NCBI GenBank assembly: GCA_964234715.1
Contig: OZ174285.1
DNA length: 64,000 nucleotides
Strand: one strand, 5' to 3'
Origin: Podarcis melisellensis
Lineage: Eukaryota
Numbering within the stretch: the first letter of the stretch is position 1; every line of letters begins with the position of its first letter. Below are positions 52,979-64,000 of this stretch, in pieces. The notes under the pieces were generated by a model. It did not search any database. It was not told where the DNA came from and saw only the letters and a program-made list of their open reading frames with translations. The translations under genes were made by a program, and so were the position numbers.

Positions 52979-53114
52979 CAGGCATAGGCCAACTCAACCC
53001 TCCAGGTGTTTTGGGACTACAACTCCCATCATCCCTCACTAACAGGACCAGTGGTCAGGGATGACGGGAGTTGTAGTCCCAAAACATCTGGAGGTCCGAG
53101 TTTGCCTATGCCTG
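52979..53114. mobile_element. hAT hairpin MITE
   Basis: Perfect 8-bp TSD CTCCAGAG; TIR CAGGCATAGGC; almost fully self-complementary. Confidence 0.93.
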
Positions 53115-53122
53115 CTCCAGAG

Positions 53123-53330
53123 GTTTCCCCATGAAAACCCGCTCTTTACTGCGGAATTGGAGCAAACAGAAATGCACGGAAGCACCCAGTTGCCGCTTCT
53201 TGCGTTTCATCTTTAAAGAGCAGGTTTTCACGAGGAATGCTCCAGGGTAAAAGAAAAAGCAATCACGGTTTTAAAGTGCAGACTCATGCCTGGGAAATGT
53301 CAGGCAAAAGGTAAGTGTGGATCAGTCCTT
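53123..53330. mobile_element. Harbinger-like MITE (right part), interrupted by the hAT MITE
   Basis: aaaacccgctcttta...ttggagcaaa...tttaaagtgcagac...aagtgtggat core shared with the other copies. Confidence 0.55.
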
Positions 53331-54723
53331 ACTCTCTCTTGTGTTCCTGCCGAATGAACACCGGACCATGTTAAGGTGTAAGAGCCATCAATAAATAGTA
53401 TTATTTCCAATGAATGCAATAAGCACATAGTTTAACCATGGTTTGTTCAACAAGCCACAGGTTGTCTCTCAGTCGAGCAGAGAAGCCAGGACTTCTTTCC
53501 AGAGCCGCCTTTGTTTCCCAGCTGCCCTTGCCTCCAGACTCTGTTGCTTAGCACATGCCCAGTGTGGGCAAACTATAGTCGGTTAAGACACTTGGTTTCA
53601 GACATAACATAAAACCATAGTTAAAATATGGTTCGTGAGCCCTTTACAAACCACATCATCACATCTTGGTTTGTTACCAGAAAGTAAACCACGGTTATTG
53701 TGGTGGGCTGGGTTTGGACATTCAGAGAAGCCGCACTTTGGCTAGGCAAGCCGTGGTTTAGTGTTAGGTGTGTTTCATTCGCACAACCACGTCATCCCAC
53801 AACAGCCCCATCCCCAGCAGTGTAAGAGCAGGTGGGGAGTTGAGACCAGCCTAAAGCAGAGCTGATGTTCATCCTCCCTGACTTGAGCCAGCGGGGCTGA
53901 AGCTGAGTTGAGAGATATTTAATGTTATGTTATTAAGTAAAAGAGAGAGAGATGATCTCCCTGGCTGCCCACCTGCATCTTGCTATGGGCTATACCTGTG
54001 GAGCAGGAATAAAGATGCTGGGGCCGGGAGGGAGGGAATCTCGCTCATGGCTGCGCTTGCCCAGGGCCTGCCTGTTCCTGGGCAGCGTGACTCATGCCAG
54101 GGGGGCAGCCGTTCCCTCGGCGCTCACACAGTAATGAGACTGGCTCCCTTAATAAGGCACGACACACACCAGCTTCAGCTGGTTGAATCCTGAGAGGCTT
54201 TTTTAAGCAGCCAGCTCTGCGTGCTCCATCCTCCTCCTCCTCCTCCTCCTCCCGGGGAAAGGGAGAGTTTGCCTTCTGCCGCAGGGTCACAGCCCAGTTT
54301 CCTACGCCAACTGGGACGAGGAGGAGGGGAGGGAGGCCTGGGGCTCCCACCTGACCCAGTCCTGAGATGCACTCCCATTCCAGGGCAGGTGAGAAGTCTC
54401 CAAAGTCCCAGCATCAACAGGGCATTCGCTTGTGTGTGATCTTGGGGCCCTGTGACGTTAAGCTCTCGAATGGCTGCTGATTGAAACAGAGGTCCTTAAT
54501 TTGCCCCAGTGGGCGAGAGGCTTGTGGTATCATCTGACCAGAGGCTGAAACCCATTCGCAAAATTTATCCAAAGTACATTGGCAGGAAAGCAGTGAAAGC
54601 GTTTCAGTTGTGGGAGGAAACACATCAGGTTATAATATGATTGCACGCGGAAACAAAGTGTGAATTTAGGATTAAAGCATTGGGTGAGGTGGCTGTTAAA
54701 TGCAATAATTGTGGCCAAACTAC

Positions 54724-54775
<52 letters not shown>
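54724..54775. repeat. (TAT)n microsatellite
   Basis: Read directly from the sequence. Confidence 0.96.
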
Positions 54776-54776
<1 letters not shown>

Positions 54777-55189
54777 TAAACTCTATTTTGAAATTTGTCC
54801 AAGCAAGTCCAGTGCTCTCATGGGCTCAGGTAAAGGTGACCAGAAATCAGCTTCCCTTTTTCTTGGGGGGCAAGGAACACGCTCCCTCCCAGGGTCTTAT
54901 CCGAGAGCTCTGAGCCCCGAAAAGCATCCTCCTCCTTCCCACTATGGTCCATGGAGACACAGTTTGGCCACGGCCTCATTGCCATGGCAACCCCTTGTCT
55001 GTCTCCCCCTCCGTTCGGAATCCGGCAGCTCTGCCCTCCTTTACAGCTGGAGACAGGCAGGCTGTTGGTGAGCCGCCCTTCACACCCAGGGCTTTTATTC
55101 CGTCGCTCTGGAGGCCTCGACTTCAGAAGCCTTAGGCTCTCGCAAACACTCTCTGGAAACAAGAGCAAACCCACATTGTCGCTTAGGGA

Positions 55190-55443
55190 GGCAGAATCAG
55201 AGACGAGGATGAAACAGTATTCAAGGCTGATTGGGAATAGTTTGCAGATTATACGAAGAACTATCATAAGCAGGTTAAATTGCTAGCAGGTTTGGAGAAA
55301 ATTCAATAGTAAAAGTTACATTGAGAATAAGATGGGGGAAAGATGGTATGGTTTGATTGTAATATTCAGCAGTAATTGTTATATGGAGGAAACCATGGAA
55401 GGGTGGAAGGGAAGCCAATGTTTAATGTATTGTAGGGAAATTA
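55190..55443 (+). mobile_element. L1-like ORF2 end / 3' UTR fragment
   Basis: A-rich segment with FKADWE*F relic and G-rich ggaagggtggaagggaag motif; boundaries approximate. Confidence 0.5.
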
Positions 55444-55497
55444 TATATATATGTAATTTCCCTACAATACATTAAACATTGGCTTCCCTTCCACCCT
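55400..55497. repeat. perfect 44-bp inverted repeat with a 10-nt AT spacer
   Basis: 55400-55443 is the exact reverse complement of 55454-55497. Confidence 0.97.
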
Positions 55498-56370
55498 CCA
55501 ACAGAGGTTTTTGTGGGCAGGCGTCTCTCAGGGGTGCAATAGTCAGAGGCCAGGGGTGAACTATTGGGGGTCCCTTTTGTTGCTGCAACGCCCTGTCTCC
55601 GCGGATGGGCTCCTGTCTCTGTCCCCACCCTGCCTGGAATATAATGGAAAGGCAGAACAAGTGTACTTAAAATAATAATCCCTGGGAAAGAACTGACAGC
55701 ACATCTGTTGAGAGAGACACTCCAAACCAGCTTGAAAAGGTGCTTGTTTTTAATGGCAGTCGTTGGCCCAGAGCCCAGAAACCAGCAATGCCTACAGGTA
55801 GCTAAGGAATCTCTCTTGCCAAAGGCTCTGGCAGGGTGGCTGAGTGGATTTTGGCGTGTTTGCAGCATGGAAGGGAGCAGAGACAGGCAGCGTCTCCCCT
55901 CTGCTGCCTTCTAGATGGGCTTCCACCCATTGCCTTCCCCTTTCTTTCCCCTCTCAATTCTCCCGTGAATGTGCGTAGCCCTGAGTCGGGACCTAAGTCT
56001 TGTGTTTGCCACACAGGTTGGCACCAAGAGAGTCTTGCCGGCTTGGCTCGGCAGGTCTGGACTGTCCTCAACTCCGCAGTTGCTGGGGGACAGAGAGCCG
56101 TGGCCTCGCGGACGGTCTTTCGCTTGCTGCGTCCTTTGCCAGGCAGGGCTTTCTGATGCCAGCCAGATGTTGCTAGAAGCGGGGGAACTTTTGGAGCCAC
56201 CAGGCGCTGCTGCAGAGTTGCTTGCTCCTAGTTCCTAGCACCAGCGTAGTACCGACAGATGCACCCTCCTAGCCAACCGGCCGTTGATCTAGAACTCTGT
56301 GTCCGAATGCAGGCAGTGGGCACAGATGCTCTTGGCGCTTCTCACTTCCCTTCCTTCCTCCTGCCCACAG

Positions 56371-56459
56371 CTGGATCCAGAAGCCAGCGACTCCCTCAAG
56401 GAGCTGCAGGTGAAGCTGAACAACGTGCTGGATGAGCTCAGTGCTGTGTTTGGTAACAG
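56371..56459 (+). CDS. UNC13B: MUN exon [29 protein letters not shown]
   Basis: CCACAG / CAG|GTGGGT; phase 0 to 2. Confidence 0.96.
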
Positions 56460-57503
56460 GTGGGTGCCAGCGGCCCAGGGTTGCGGAGGGAGATGGCCTT
56501 CCTTCTGTGTCTGCTTCACGAGATGGAAAAGAGGCCTGGAGTTTGCTCCTTTCCCTTTTGTTAATCCTCAAATCCTCACGCACGAAAGCAACCGAAGAAC
56601 CGAGAAACGTTTACGCACTTCTCGCCTGGCTCAAAGTGAAATAGTCTCTGAACTGTGAAATCCGCCGCGAGTTCATATTCTTGGGATCCTATCGGTGCCA
56701 GATTTTGCTTGACGGCTCATTGACCGAGTGCAATTTCTCTCTTAACATTCAGAGGGCGATATGGCGGCTTTAGCAAGCTGCAGCTGCATTAAGGGAGAGA
56801 AAGTGCTCTCTCTCGGAGCAGCTCTGCTATCAGCACACAAGCGCTTAGTCAGGGCTGGGAGATAAGGGCATTCCTTGTGCTCTCCTCAATATTGACAAGG
56901 CAAAGTCGGGTTCCTCCTCTGGAATACAGAATCAAAACTGATCACAAGTTATAGGGGCCCAGCCAAAATTTTTAAGGGTGGGGTCAATCCCTTGCTTGGA
57001 TTTGGGACACACAAACCCATCTCTTAGGTCCTGAACTATTTGCTTCTAATAGTGAATGCCAATCTCCTCCGCTGGCAACCAAATATGGGAGGCATTTTAA
57101 ACTCTGGGGACTTTCCTTTTCCGCCTCCGCTGCTTCTCCCGCATTCCCTTGCTCTGCCAGCGCAGTGGGAAGGAGAGATAGAAGCATCCTGGCCTGGCTT
57201 CCGTCCAAGGATAACCACGTATCCTCCCTACGTCCCTCCTCCTGAGAAGTGCAAGGGGGGAAGAGGGGAGAGCTTGAATTTCTGGGAGCATAAATCCCCC
57301 GCCCCGTGAGCTGCCTGAGGTGAGGTGGGCCAGGCTCATGTTAGGGGGCTGCTGAGCGCTGTGCTTTGAGGGCTCGCCCTGTTTTCCTTCATGCAGAGGC
57401 AGACTTTGCCCACAAGCAGGTGGCATCAGCCTGCAAGGGAGGGAGGTGCCCGTAAGTGCCGCGTTGCCGCGCCCAGAGTGATCTTGTCCCTTCTCGCCTC
57501 TAG

Positions 57504-57647
57504 TTTCCAGGCACGGATCGATGATTGCGTCAAGCAGATGTCGGATATCCTCTGCCAGGTGAAAGGGCCGGGGAATGCCCCTCCGAATGTGGTGGCCCAA
57601 GATGCAGACAACGTCCTCAGGCCCTTGATGGACTTCCTGGATGGAAA
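57504..57647 (+). CDS. UNC13B: MUN exon [16 protein letters not shown]...MDFLDG
   Basis: CTCTAG / AAA|GTAAGG; phase 2-2. Confidence 0.95.
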
Positions 57648-58094
57648 GTAAGGGCACCAGGCGGATCCGCAACAGATTTGGAGGGTTTGCGCAGGCCTCT
57701 TGGGGGCCGTCTATGAAGAGCAACCTCAGCTTGAGCCCAGGGCTGGGAAATGGAGGGGGCTGCTTCTGCGGAAAAATCCCCCACCCTTTCTTGGTTTCTC
57801 TGTCAGTCCCAGCTGAGGCAGAAGGACTTTTTTTTAGAAGCGGCCCAGAGTGAATTACAAAAGCTCCCCTAAGAGCTGGAAGTAGCCATAGTAGTTGGCC
57901 TGGCCAGACCTCAAGGCATGGCAGCAGCTGCTGGTTGCGTCCAGCCAAGGGAGTCGGCTGGAGAAGACCAAATGCAGGCTGGATGGACCTTGGGTTCTGG
58001 CCAGGCACTTGTGGCCACCAGGGAAAAGTCAGGGATCCCTTTGTCCTGCTGAGGTCCCCTTGCTTGAGCCGAACCCTCTGCTCTCCCCCTGCAG

Positions 58095-58218
58095 CCTGAC
58101 GCTCTTTGCGGACGTCTGTGAGAAGACGGTGCTGAAGCGGGTGCTGAAGGATCTCTGGAGGGTGGTCATGAACACCCTGGAGAAGATCATCGTGCTGCCT
58201 CCCCTCTCGGACAACACG
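58095..58218 (+). CDS. UNC13B: MUN exon [17 protein letters not shown]...PPLSDNT
   Basis: CTGCAG / ACG|GTAATC; phase 2 to 0. Confidence 0.96.
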
Positions 58219-60770
58219 GTAATCCTCTTCCCCTGCTCCTTTGCCCCAAGGAGGTCAAGCAAAGAGGCAGCAGCTGCCCAAGTCACAGCTCACAGAGCCT
58301 CCTGACCAAGAGGGGGATTGAGCCCTGATCTCTCCCAGGTCCTGGGATGCCACTCTAACCACTAGGTCACACCGCCTCTCTTGCCTTTTGCCAATCTTGG
58401 CTGCTCTCAATGGTCTTTGTAGTTGTCCCCTTCCTTCACCCCCCCAACAGCCCCCAGGTGAACAGAGAACAGAGGTGGTACATTTTTAAGTGTAAGCACA
58501 GAGCTGTAGGGCTGGGGGGGGGAGGGGATCTGAACCAGCCCAGGGGCATTTGGACCAGATGGGAAAGAAGGAGCAGGTCTGAGCGTAAGAGATGCTTCCT
58601 CCTCCAGCCTGTTCCCCCCTGGGCTGCCCTGAGTCTGCTTCTGCCCATGCAGTGGGGAAGCAGTAGAGCTGGGGAGCCAGCTTGGAGGCTGGGCTTCCTT
58701 TAAGGCTGCGAGCGATCAGCGCTCCTGCTGCTGCTGCTGCTGCGTGGGCTTGTGTGAGTTGCCGAAACAGAAGGAGAAGCCCTGCCCGCCTTTGTACGCT
58801 TATCGCATGCCCTGCCGCGAAGAGGTTTAAGCGGAGCTGTGAAAATGGCTGGGTCAGGCTGTCTGCGGGGCAAGCCCAGCGGCAGGCGGCAACCAGCCTT
58901 TTCAGAAAGAAAGAAGGAAGCGAGACAAGCGGGGGGGGGGCTGGCTGCAGAAACCCTTTGAAGCTCCCAGGAAGGGGAGGAAAATGGCCCACCAGCCTCT
59001 TCTCTGCACAAAGCCCACCCCCCACTCCGCGGAACAGAACGGACCCAGAGAGAAACGGGTCCCAATTGCCATGGCCAATGGCAGCAAGTGCCACATTGTG
59101 TTCCTCCAAGGAGCCCCCCGTTGCCTTCTTGAGTGCAGTGCCAAGGAAAGCCCCCACCCACTGGTGCAGGGGCTGGAGAGTTGCATGGGGCAGCCAAGAG
59201 ACCTTTCTTTGTGGCGCCATTCTTTGAAATCTTTCCTCTCTCTTGCCTGGCGTGGGGAGGGCAATTTTCGCCCAGCCTTGTAGCAGCCATTAACACGAAC
59301 AAACAGGAACATTTTGCAAAGCCCGTTTTCAGCAGCCCTGTGTCCACGCTGTGCCTGCAGGGAAAGCTTTAAGGATGATAAGGGAAAGGTGCTGCAGCCT
59401 GGTCAGAGACCTGTTCCCTCCGGAGGGCAGGGGAGCCTGGCTTGGGTGGGCCTGGTGCTTCTTGGCACAGTCCCAGGAGCAGCCAGGAGCCCCGAGGCTG
59501 AAGAGGGAGCACCAGGCAGCCGCAGTCGTCAGGAGACGGCTCAGCCAATCGACTCTGGTGCTGTGGAAACGGAGGGATGTCTCCATGCCTGGAGGCCAGA
59601 AGCCCATCGGACTCTGGGTCAGGGGCTGTGGCTGCCAGCTCCCTAGAGCCTGGCGAAATCTTGTGCCCTGGGAAGCACAACTGGCCTGCGGGTGGATGGA
59701 AGGCACACATGTCTTTCTGTGGTGCGTTTGCCACGGCAGGAAGAGCTGAGCTGTCCCTCAAGGTCTGCAGTCAGCGATGGTGGCCAAGGGTGGAGGGGGT
59801 TGCCCTGATCCGCAGGCCCAAAGGAGGAGGGCCTGCACAAGTGGTTTGGTGCAGGGATACCAGAGGAGGTCAGAAACACCAGAGGGATCCATTCTAGCTC
59901 TAGAACAGGCCAATGTACAACACCGACTGCAGAGCCAGACTCGGCACAGACCCTGAAGAGGCAAGCGGTCGCCACGACTTGTCGGCACCCAGGAAAGCAT
60001 TCAGGCATCACGTCTTATACAAAAGCAAGCTCAGGCTTCCAAACTTCAAAGCAGGTGAACATAAGCAAGCTCATTCTGGCAGCAAATGACAACCAGCCCC
60101 AGGGTTATCCTGACTCCCAAGGTGGCGTTTGCAGGCCTTCTGGAACATGGTCACCGTTTTGGTTCTACACAGGGTTCCCTTGTGCCTCTGCCAGGCGAGA
60201 TATTTCCGTTTCTGCAAGAGCTGGATTCCCAATTCCCAGTTTGATTCTAGGCTAAGGCTGGAGGGGTACGTCTGCATGTTCCCTCATATGCGCCTGGCCA
60301 CAGGGTGCGGGGAGGGAGGGAGGGGTTCATGGTGCAAAGGGGCCTGGAAACACTAAAGCAGAGCGCTGTCAACTGGCCCTTTCCCCACGAGCGCAGCAGA
60401 CGGGTGTGGAAAGGAGGTTCTTTGCTTGGGTCTCCTCTTGGTGCTGGAGGAAGAGCCTCGCTTCCCCCTCAAGGGGCCGCCATGACCAAGCCAGCACAAC
60501 ACCCCCAAGGCTGGCTAGCGGCAAGGGCTTTGGAGCCGAGGGGCGATGGTGAGCAGACCAGGGCAGCTTCTACTGGCTTTGAAGTGAAGTTTTCCTCTCC
60601 TTTTTTGTTTCTGCTGGAACCTTTGTGCACTAAATACCCCCCAAGTCTGACCATACCAGCCTTGTATCCGATCCTTCCAGCTGAGCCCTGGGTCTTCCTT
60701 AGGAGTGAGTGGCTTTAGTGGAAGGAGGAGTATGCAGGTAGCCTCTCAGTCAGGTGTAGGGACCCTCTAG

Positions 60771-60923
60771 CAGGGGTGTCCAAACTTTTTAAAAGAGGGC
60801 CAGCTTTGATGACGTGAACATGCATGGGGGTTGTTGAGCTTTTTTTAGGATTGAAGTTGTTAAGCTTTTTTTAGGGTAAAATAAACTGAATTAGGCCCCT
60901 GAAATGGACTTTGGACTCTCTGC
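60771..60923. mobile_element. degenerate hAT (Charlie-like) MITE
   Basis: caggggtgtccaaact start and ctttggactctctg end; TSD not convincing. Confidence 0.45.
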
Positions 60924-61509
60924 CTTCTTCCTGGACTCTTACCAGCACTTCTTCAGACCTGCCTTGGATGTTTCTGCCTGTCTTTGAACCCTGATGATGC
61001 CTCTGGGTTGCCCAGATGGAGGGCGGAGGAGGTTGTGTGTGTGGAAGTGCTCCTGCAGTACAATGATAATATTTGTACTCGTTGACCTCTGGCCCAGCCC
61101 ACTCCTGGGAGGTCACCTAGGTGGGAAAGTGGCCCTGTCTCTAAGCTGGCTGCATCCACTCCTGCGTATCTTGGAGATTGCCAAGATGGTCGTTTGACGG
61201 CCAAGTCGAGATAAGTGGGGCTTCCCCCCGCAAGCGCCTCTCCTTCCGTTGACAAGCCAGCATGTTCCGCTTGGCGCAAAGCCTTCGGGGCCTCCCGATC
61301 CCTCTTCCCTACTGTACTGGTGTGACCCACGAAGGCTGCCCCCCTTCGCCTTGTTTCCCCCCTGAAGCAGCCCTAGTGGGCAGGCGCTTGCAAGAGGGTC
61401 TCCTGCCTTGGCCAGGGTCCCGCTGGCTGCCCTTGCCTTCTCAGAATCCGGGGTGTAACCTTCTGCTCCTCCTGTCTTGTCTTTCCTCTCTCGCTCGTCA
61501 CGCCCGCAG

Positions 61510-61566
61510 GGGACCCCGCTGATATTCAGCGCCGCTAAAGAACTGGGACACTTGTCGAAGCTGAAG
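61510..61566 (+). CDS. UNC13B: 57-nt MUN loop exon GTPLIFSAAKELGHLSKLK
   Basis: CCGCAG / AAG|GTATGG; phase 0-0; not represented in the ORF track. Confidence 0.93.
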
Positions 61567-61923
61567 GTATGGGGGGGTAACCGCTAGCGCATGGCCCTCC
61601 GCCTGCCCTGCCTGTGACTGTTGCTGCCTGCTTGTGCGTCCCGCAGAATGCCCTTGTGTCCCCTTGTGTGTCTTGTCACCGTTGTCGTAACCGTGGCCAG
61701 TGCCTGAGTCCCTGCCCAGGCGCAAGCTGGGTTTTGCCTTGGCTCTCAGCGCCTGATGCTTGACCGCAGGCCGTCACACCGTCTCTCCGCCCGCCATCCC
61801 TGCAAGAATGAAGCCCTCGTGCCTCAATGGGGGGCCCTTCCCGACGGCCGGACGAGAGAGAGGGCCTCCGAATGGGCAGGGGCTGCGGGGCTGGCCAGGG
61901 GACGGGGGTGGGCTGGGACTCTC

Positions 61924-62312
61924 GGCTGGGATAGCTCAGTTGGCCAAGCATGAGACTCTTTTTTTTTCCATTTTTTTAAATTTTATTTTCCAAATCTATA
62001 ACAAACATAAAAAGAGAAACATTACAATCTGAAAAACAAGCAAACAAACAAGCAAACAAACATACATTTATCCTAACTGATAAATTCCCAATTTTGTTAT
62101 CCTTGTTAGATGACTTCCTCGAATCCCCCCAGCCGAGTCTCCATATAAGTCATTGCAGCAGTTAAGATTAACTTAACCAATTAACATCTTTCTTTCTTTT
62201 CATATTAAGCATGAGACGCTCAGTCTCAGGGCTGTGGGTTTGAGCCCCACCTTGGGCAAAAGATTCCTGCGTTGCAGGGGGTTGGACTAGATGGCCCCGG
62301 GGTCCCTTCCAG
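61924..62312 (+). mobile_element. tRNA-Lys(CTT)-derived SINE with CR1 tail, split by an insertion
   Basis: gatagctcagttgg..agcatgagactctt...tctcagggctgtgggtttgagccccac matches tRNA-Lys; followed by a gattcctgcgttgcagggg CR1 tail. Confidence 0.85.
61961..62206 (-). mobile_element. 5'-truncated L1-like insertion
   Basis: Poly(T) + TTTATT (antisense AATAAA); 15-bp TSD AAGCATGAGACTCTT / AAGCATGAGACGCTC. Confidence 0.8.
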
Positions 62313-62588
62313 GAGACCTTTGTGCCGTGTTTTCTTCCTTGCGGCTGGTGTGTGTGTCCGTCTTCTCTCCCATGTGAGCTTGCATAGGTCTCCAGAGACA
62401 GGCCTGTGGCCGCATTCCCACTCCCTCTCCTCCGCTCGTCTTTCTGCCGCGTGTCTCTTCATAGGCTTCTTCCGCTGGATCCCTGACCCAACCCTGCGCT
62501 TGCCTTCCCTTTTGGCTCCTTATCATTTAAGGACTCCTCCCCGCCCCCCCCCCCGAAACAGCCCTAATCTCACCATCTACTGTTTCAG

Positions 62589-62669
62589 GATCACATGGTC
62601 AGGGAGGAAACGCGGAGTCTCACCCCAAAGCAGTGTGCGGTGCTGGAACTGGCTCTAGACACCATTAAG
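62589..62669 (+). CDS. UNC13B: MUN exon [27 protein letters not shown]
   Basis: TTTCAG / AAG|GTTAGT; 81 nt; last exon found in the window. Confidence 0.95.
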
Positions 62670-62725
62670 GTTAGTGACACACACACACACACCCCGCCTC
62701 GGTTTCTCAAACACAAACAATGGTG

Positions 62726-62800
62726 ATTTCTGCATTGCAGGGGGTTGGGCTAGATGACCCCTGGGACCCTTCCAACTCCTCAGTTCTGTGATTCTGTGAA
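62726..62800 (+). mobile_element. CR1-type 3' tail
   Basis: gatttctgcattgcagggg...ttctgtgattctgtga. Confidence 0.75.
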
Positions 62801-63016
62801 TTCCAGGGAGAGCAGGAAGCACAGCAGTTGTTGCTCACCCACCCAGGGGTGGGGATGTTGGCCAGCGCCAGACTCTCAGGGGCAGAGGGTGGGTCTAAAT
62901 CAGGTTCCCGGGTAAGACATTTTACCTATTAAAAAGGGCAGCAGCAGAACGTATAAAGTTCAGTGAGTTCAGATGTGTCCCAAAACAGCCTGAGACTAGA
63001 TTCGGTAAGTAAATTC

Positions 63017-63660
63017 TGTGTCCAAGGCAGCTGTCTCCCAGCTCCATCTGGTACGCAGGATGAGACCCTACCTGCCCGTGGACTGCCTGGCCAGAGTAGT
63101 GCGTGCTCTGGTTATCTCCTGCTTGGACTCCTGCAATGCGCTCTACGTGGGGCTACCTTTGAAGGTGACCCGGAAACTGCAATTAATCCAGAATGCGGCA
63201 GCTAGACTGGTGACTGGGAGACCACATAACACCGGTCCTGAAAGATCTTCATTGGCTCCTAGTACGTTTCCGAACACAATTCAAAGTGTTGGTGCTGACC
63301 TTGAAAGCTCTAATAGCCTTGGCCCAGTAGACCTAAAGAAGTGTCTCCACCCCCATCATTCTACCTGGACACTGAGGTCCAGCGCTGAGGGTCTTCTGGC
63401 GGTTCCCTCACTGCGAGAAACGAGGTTACAGGGAACCAGGCAGAGGGCCTTCTCGGTAGTGGCACCCACTCTGTGGAACGCCCTCCCATCAGATATCAAG
63501 GAAATTAATAACTACCTGACTTTTAAAAGACATCTGAAGGCAGCCCTATTTAGGGAAGTTTTTAATGTTTGATTCTATTTTTAATATTCCGTTGGGAGCC
63601 ACCCAGGGTGGCTGGGGAAACCCAGCCAGATGGGCAGGGTGTAAATAATAATAATAAATA
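63017..63660 (+). mobile_element. L2-clade LINE 3' fragment (RT C-terminus + tail)
   Basis: ALVISCLDSCNALYVGLPLKVTRKLQLIQNAAARLVTG...AFSVVAPTLWNALP; (ATA)n tail. Confidence 0.92.
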
Positions 63661-64000
63661 GAGATTGCAGTCCAGTTTAAGAGCAATGATTGTTTTAGCC
63701 GCTTTCTCAGTCCACAAGGGAGATAGATGGCTGTAAGACAGAGACTGCGCTAGGCTTTCTTCTAGCCGAGAGAGAAGCTCTTCCTCCTTCCACCTCCTGG
63801 ACCCCTGGGTTCCGGAGTCTCCTTGGTGGGCTTGGGGGTCCCCACCCCCTGTGGCCAAAGGAGCAGGGCAGGTGGGTCCCTGGCTGGGTCCCTGGCTGCT
63901 GCTTCCTTCTGCCTCTGACATGTGTGGGCCAAAAGGGGAGGAAGTTGTCTAGTTTTTGGTGAGAAGGGCCTCACCAAAAAGAGAGAAGAGGCAGTGAGGC

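Noticed and set aside
57097-59347. Long minus-strand ORFs (303, 244 and 215 aa)
   Set aside because: GC-rich intron or antisense to exons; no motifs or splice structure; expected by chance.
59350-59392. Possible extra MUN loop exon (CTGCAG|GGAAAG...AAG|GTGCTG)
   Set aside because: In-frame TAA at the fourth codon in the required phase 0.
61924-62260. Functional tRNA-Lys gene with an intron
   Set aside because: Stems are degenerate, it continues into a CR1-type tail, and the 246-bp insert has a TSD and poly(A); it is a SINE with a retro-insertion.
63018-63572. 184-aa ORF as a host gene or active reverse transcriptase
   Set aside because: 5'-truncated L2 fragment; the middle is out of the RT frame through compensating indels.

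Overview
Vertebrate genomic DNA, most likely a squamate lizard (probably lacertid, judged from the L2/CR1/SINE/MITE repeat content). It is not prokaryotic: no rRNA, CRISPR or operon structure was found. The whole window is an internal part of one + strand gene, UNC13B (Munc13-2). I traced 28 coding exons by hand, all with GT-AG boundaries and consistent phases. They run from the 3' end of the large brain-type (bMunc13-2-like) exon with its two calmodulin-binding helices, through a 23-nt linker microexon and a 6-nt neural-type microexon (GCCATG, Ala-Met), to C1, C2B and most of the MUN domain. The gene's start and end lie outside the window. Introns carry L2, CR1 and L1 fragments, tRNA-derived SINEs, and Tc1/mariner, hAT and Harbinger-like MITEs, several of them nested. 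The most interesting unexplained signals are: (1) a candidate in-frame 174-nt exon (51608-51781) built from a hexamer microsatellite, which would insert 58 acidic Q/E/N/D-rich residues into the MUN domain; (2) a near-perfect ~98-bp fold-back palindrome at 55400-55497; (3) repeat-poor, homeobox-motif-rich intronic blocks that resemble enhancers. Almost all ORFs in the supplied track are spurious. I found no evidence of a wholly new biological system beyond these splicing and regulatory candidates. Protein comparisons are from recalled sequences, not database searches.
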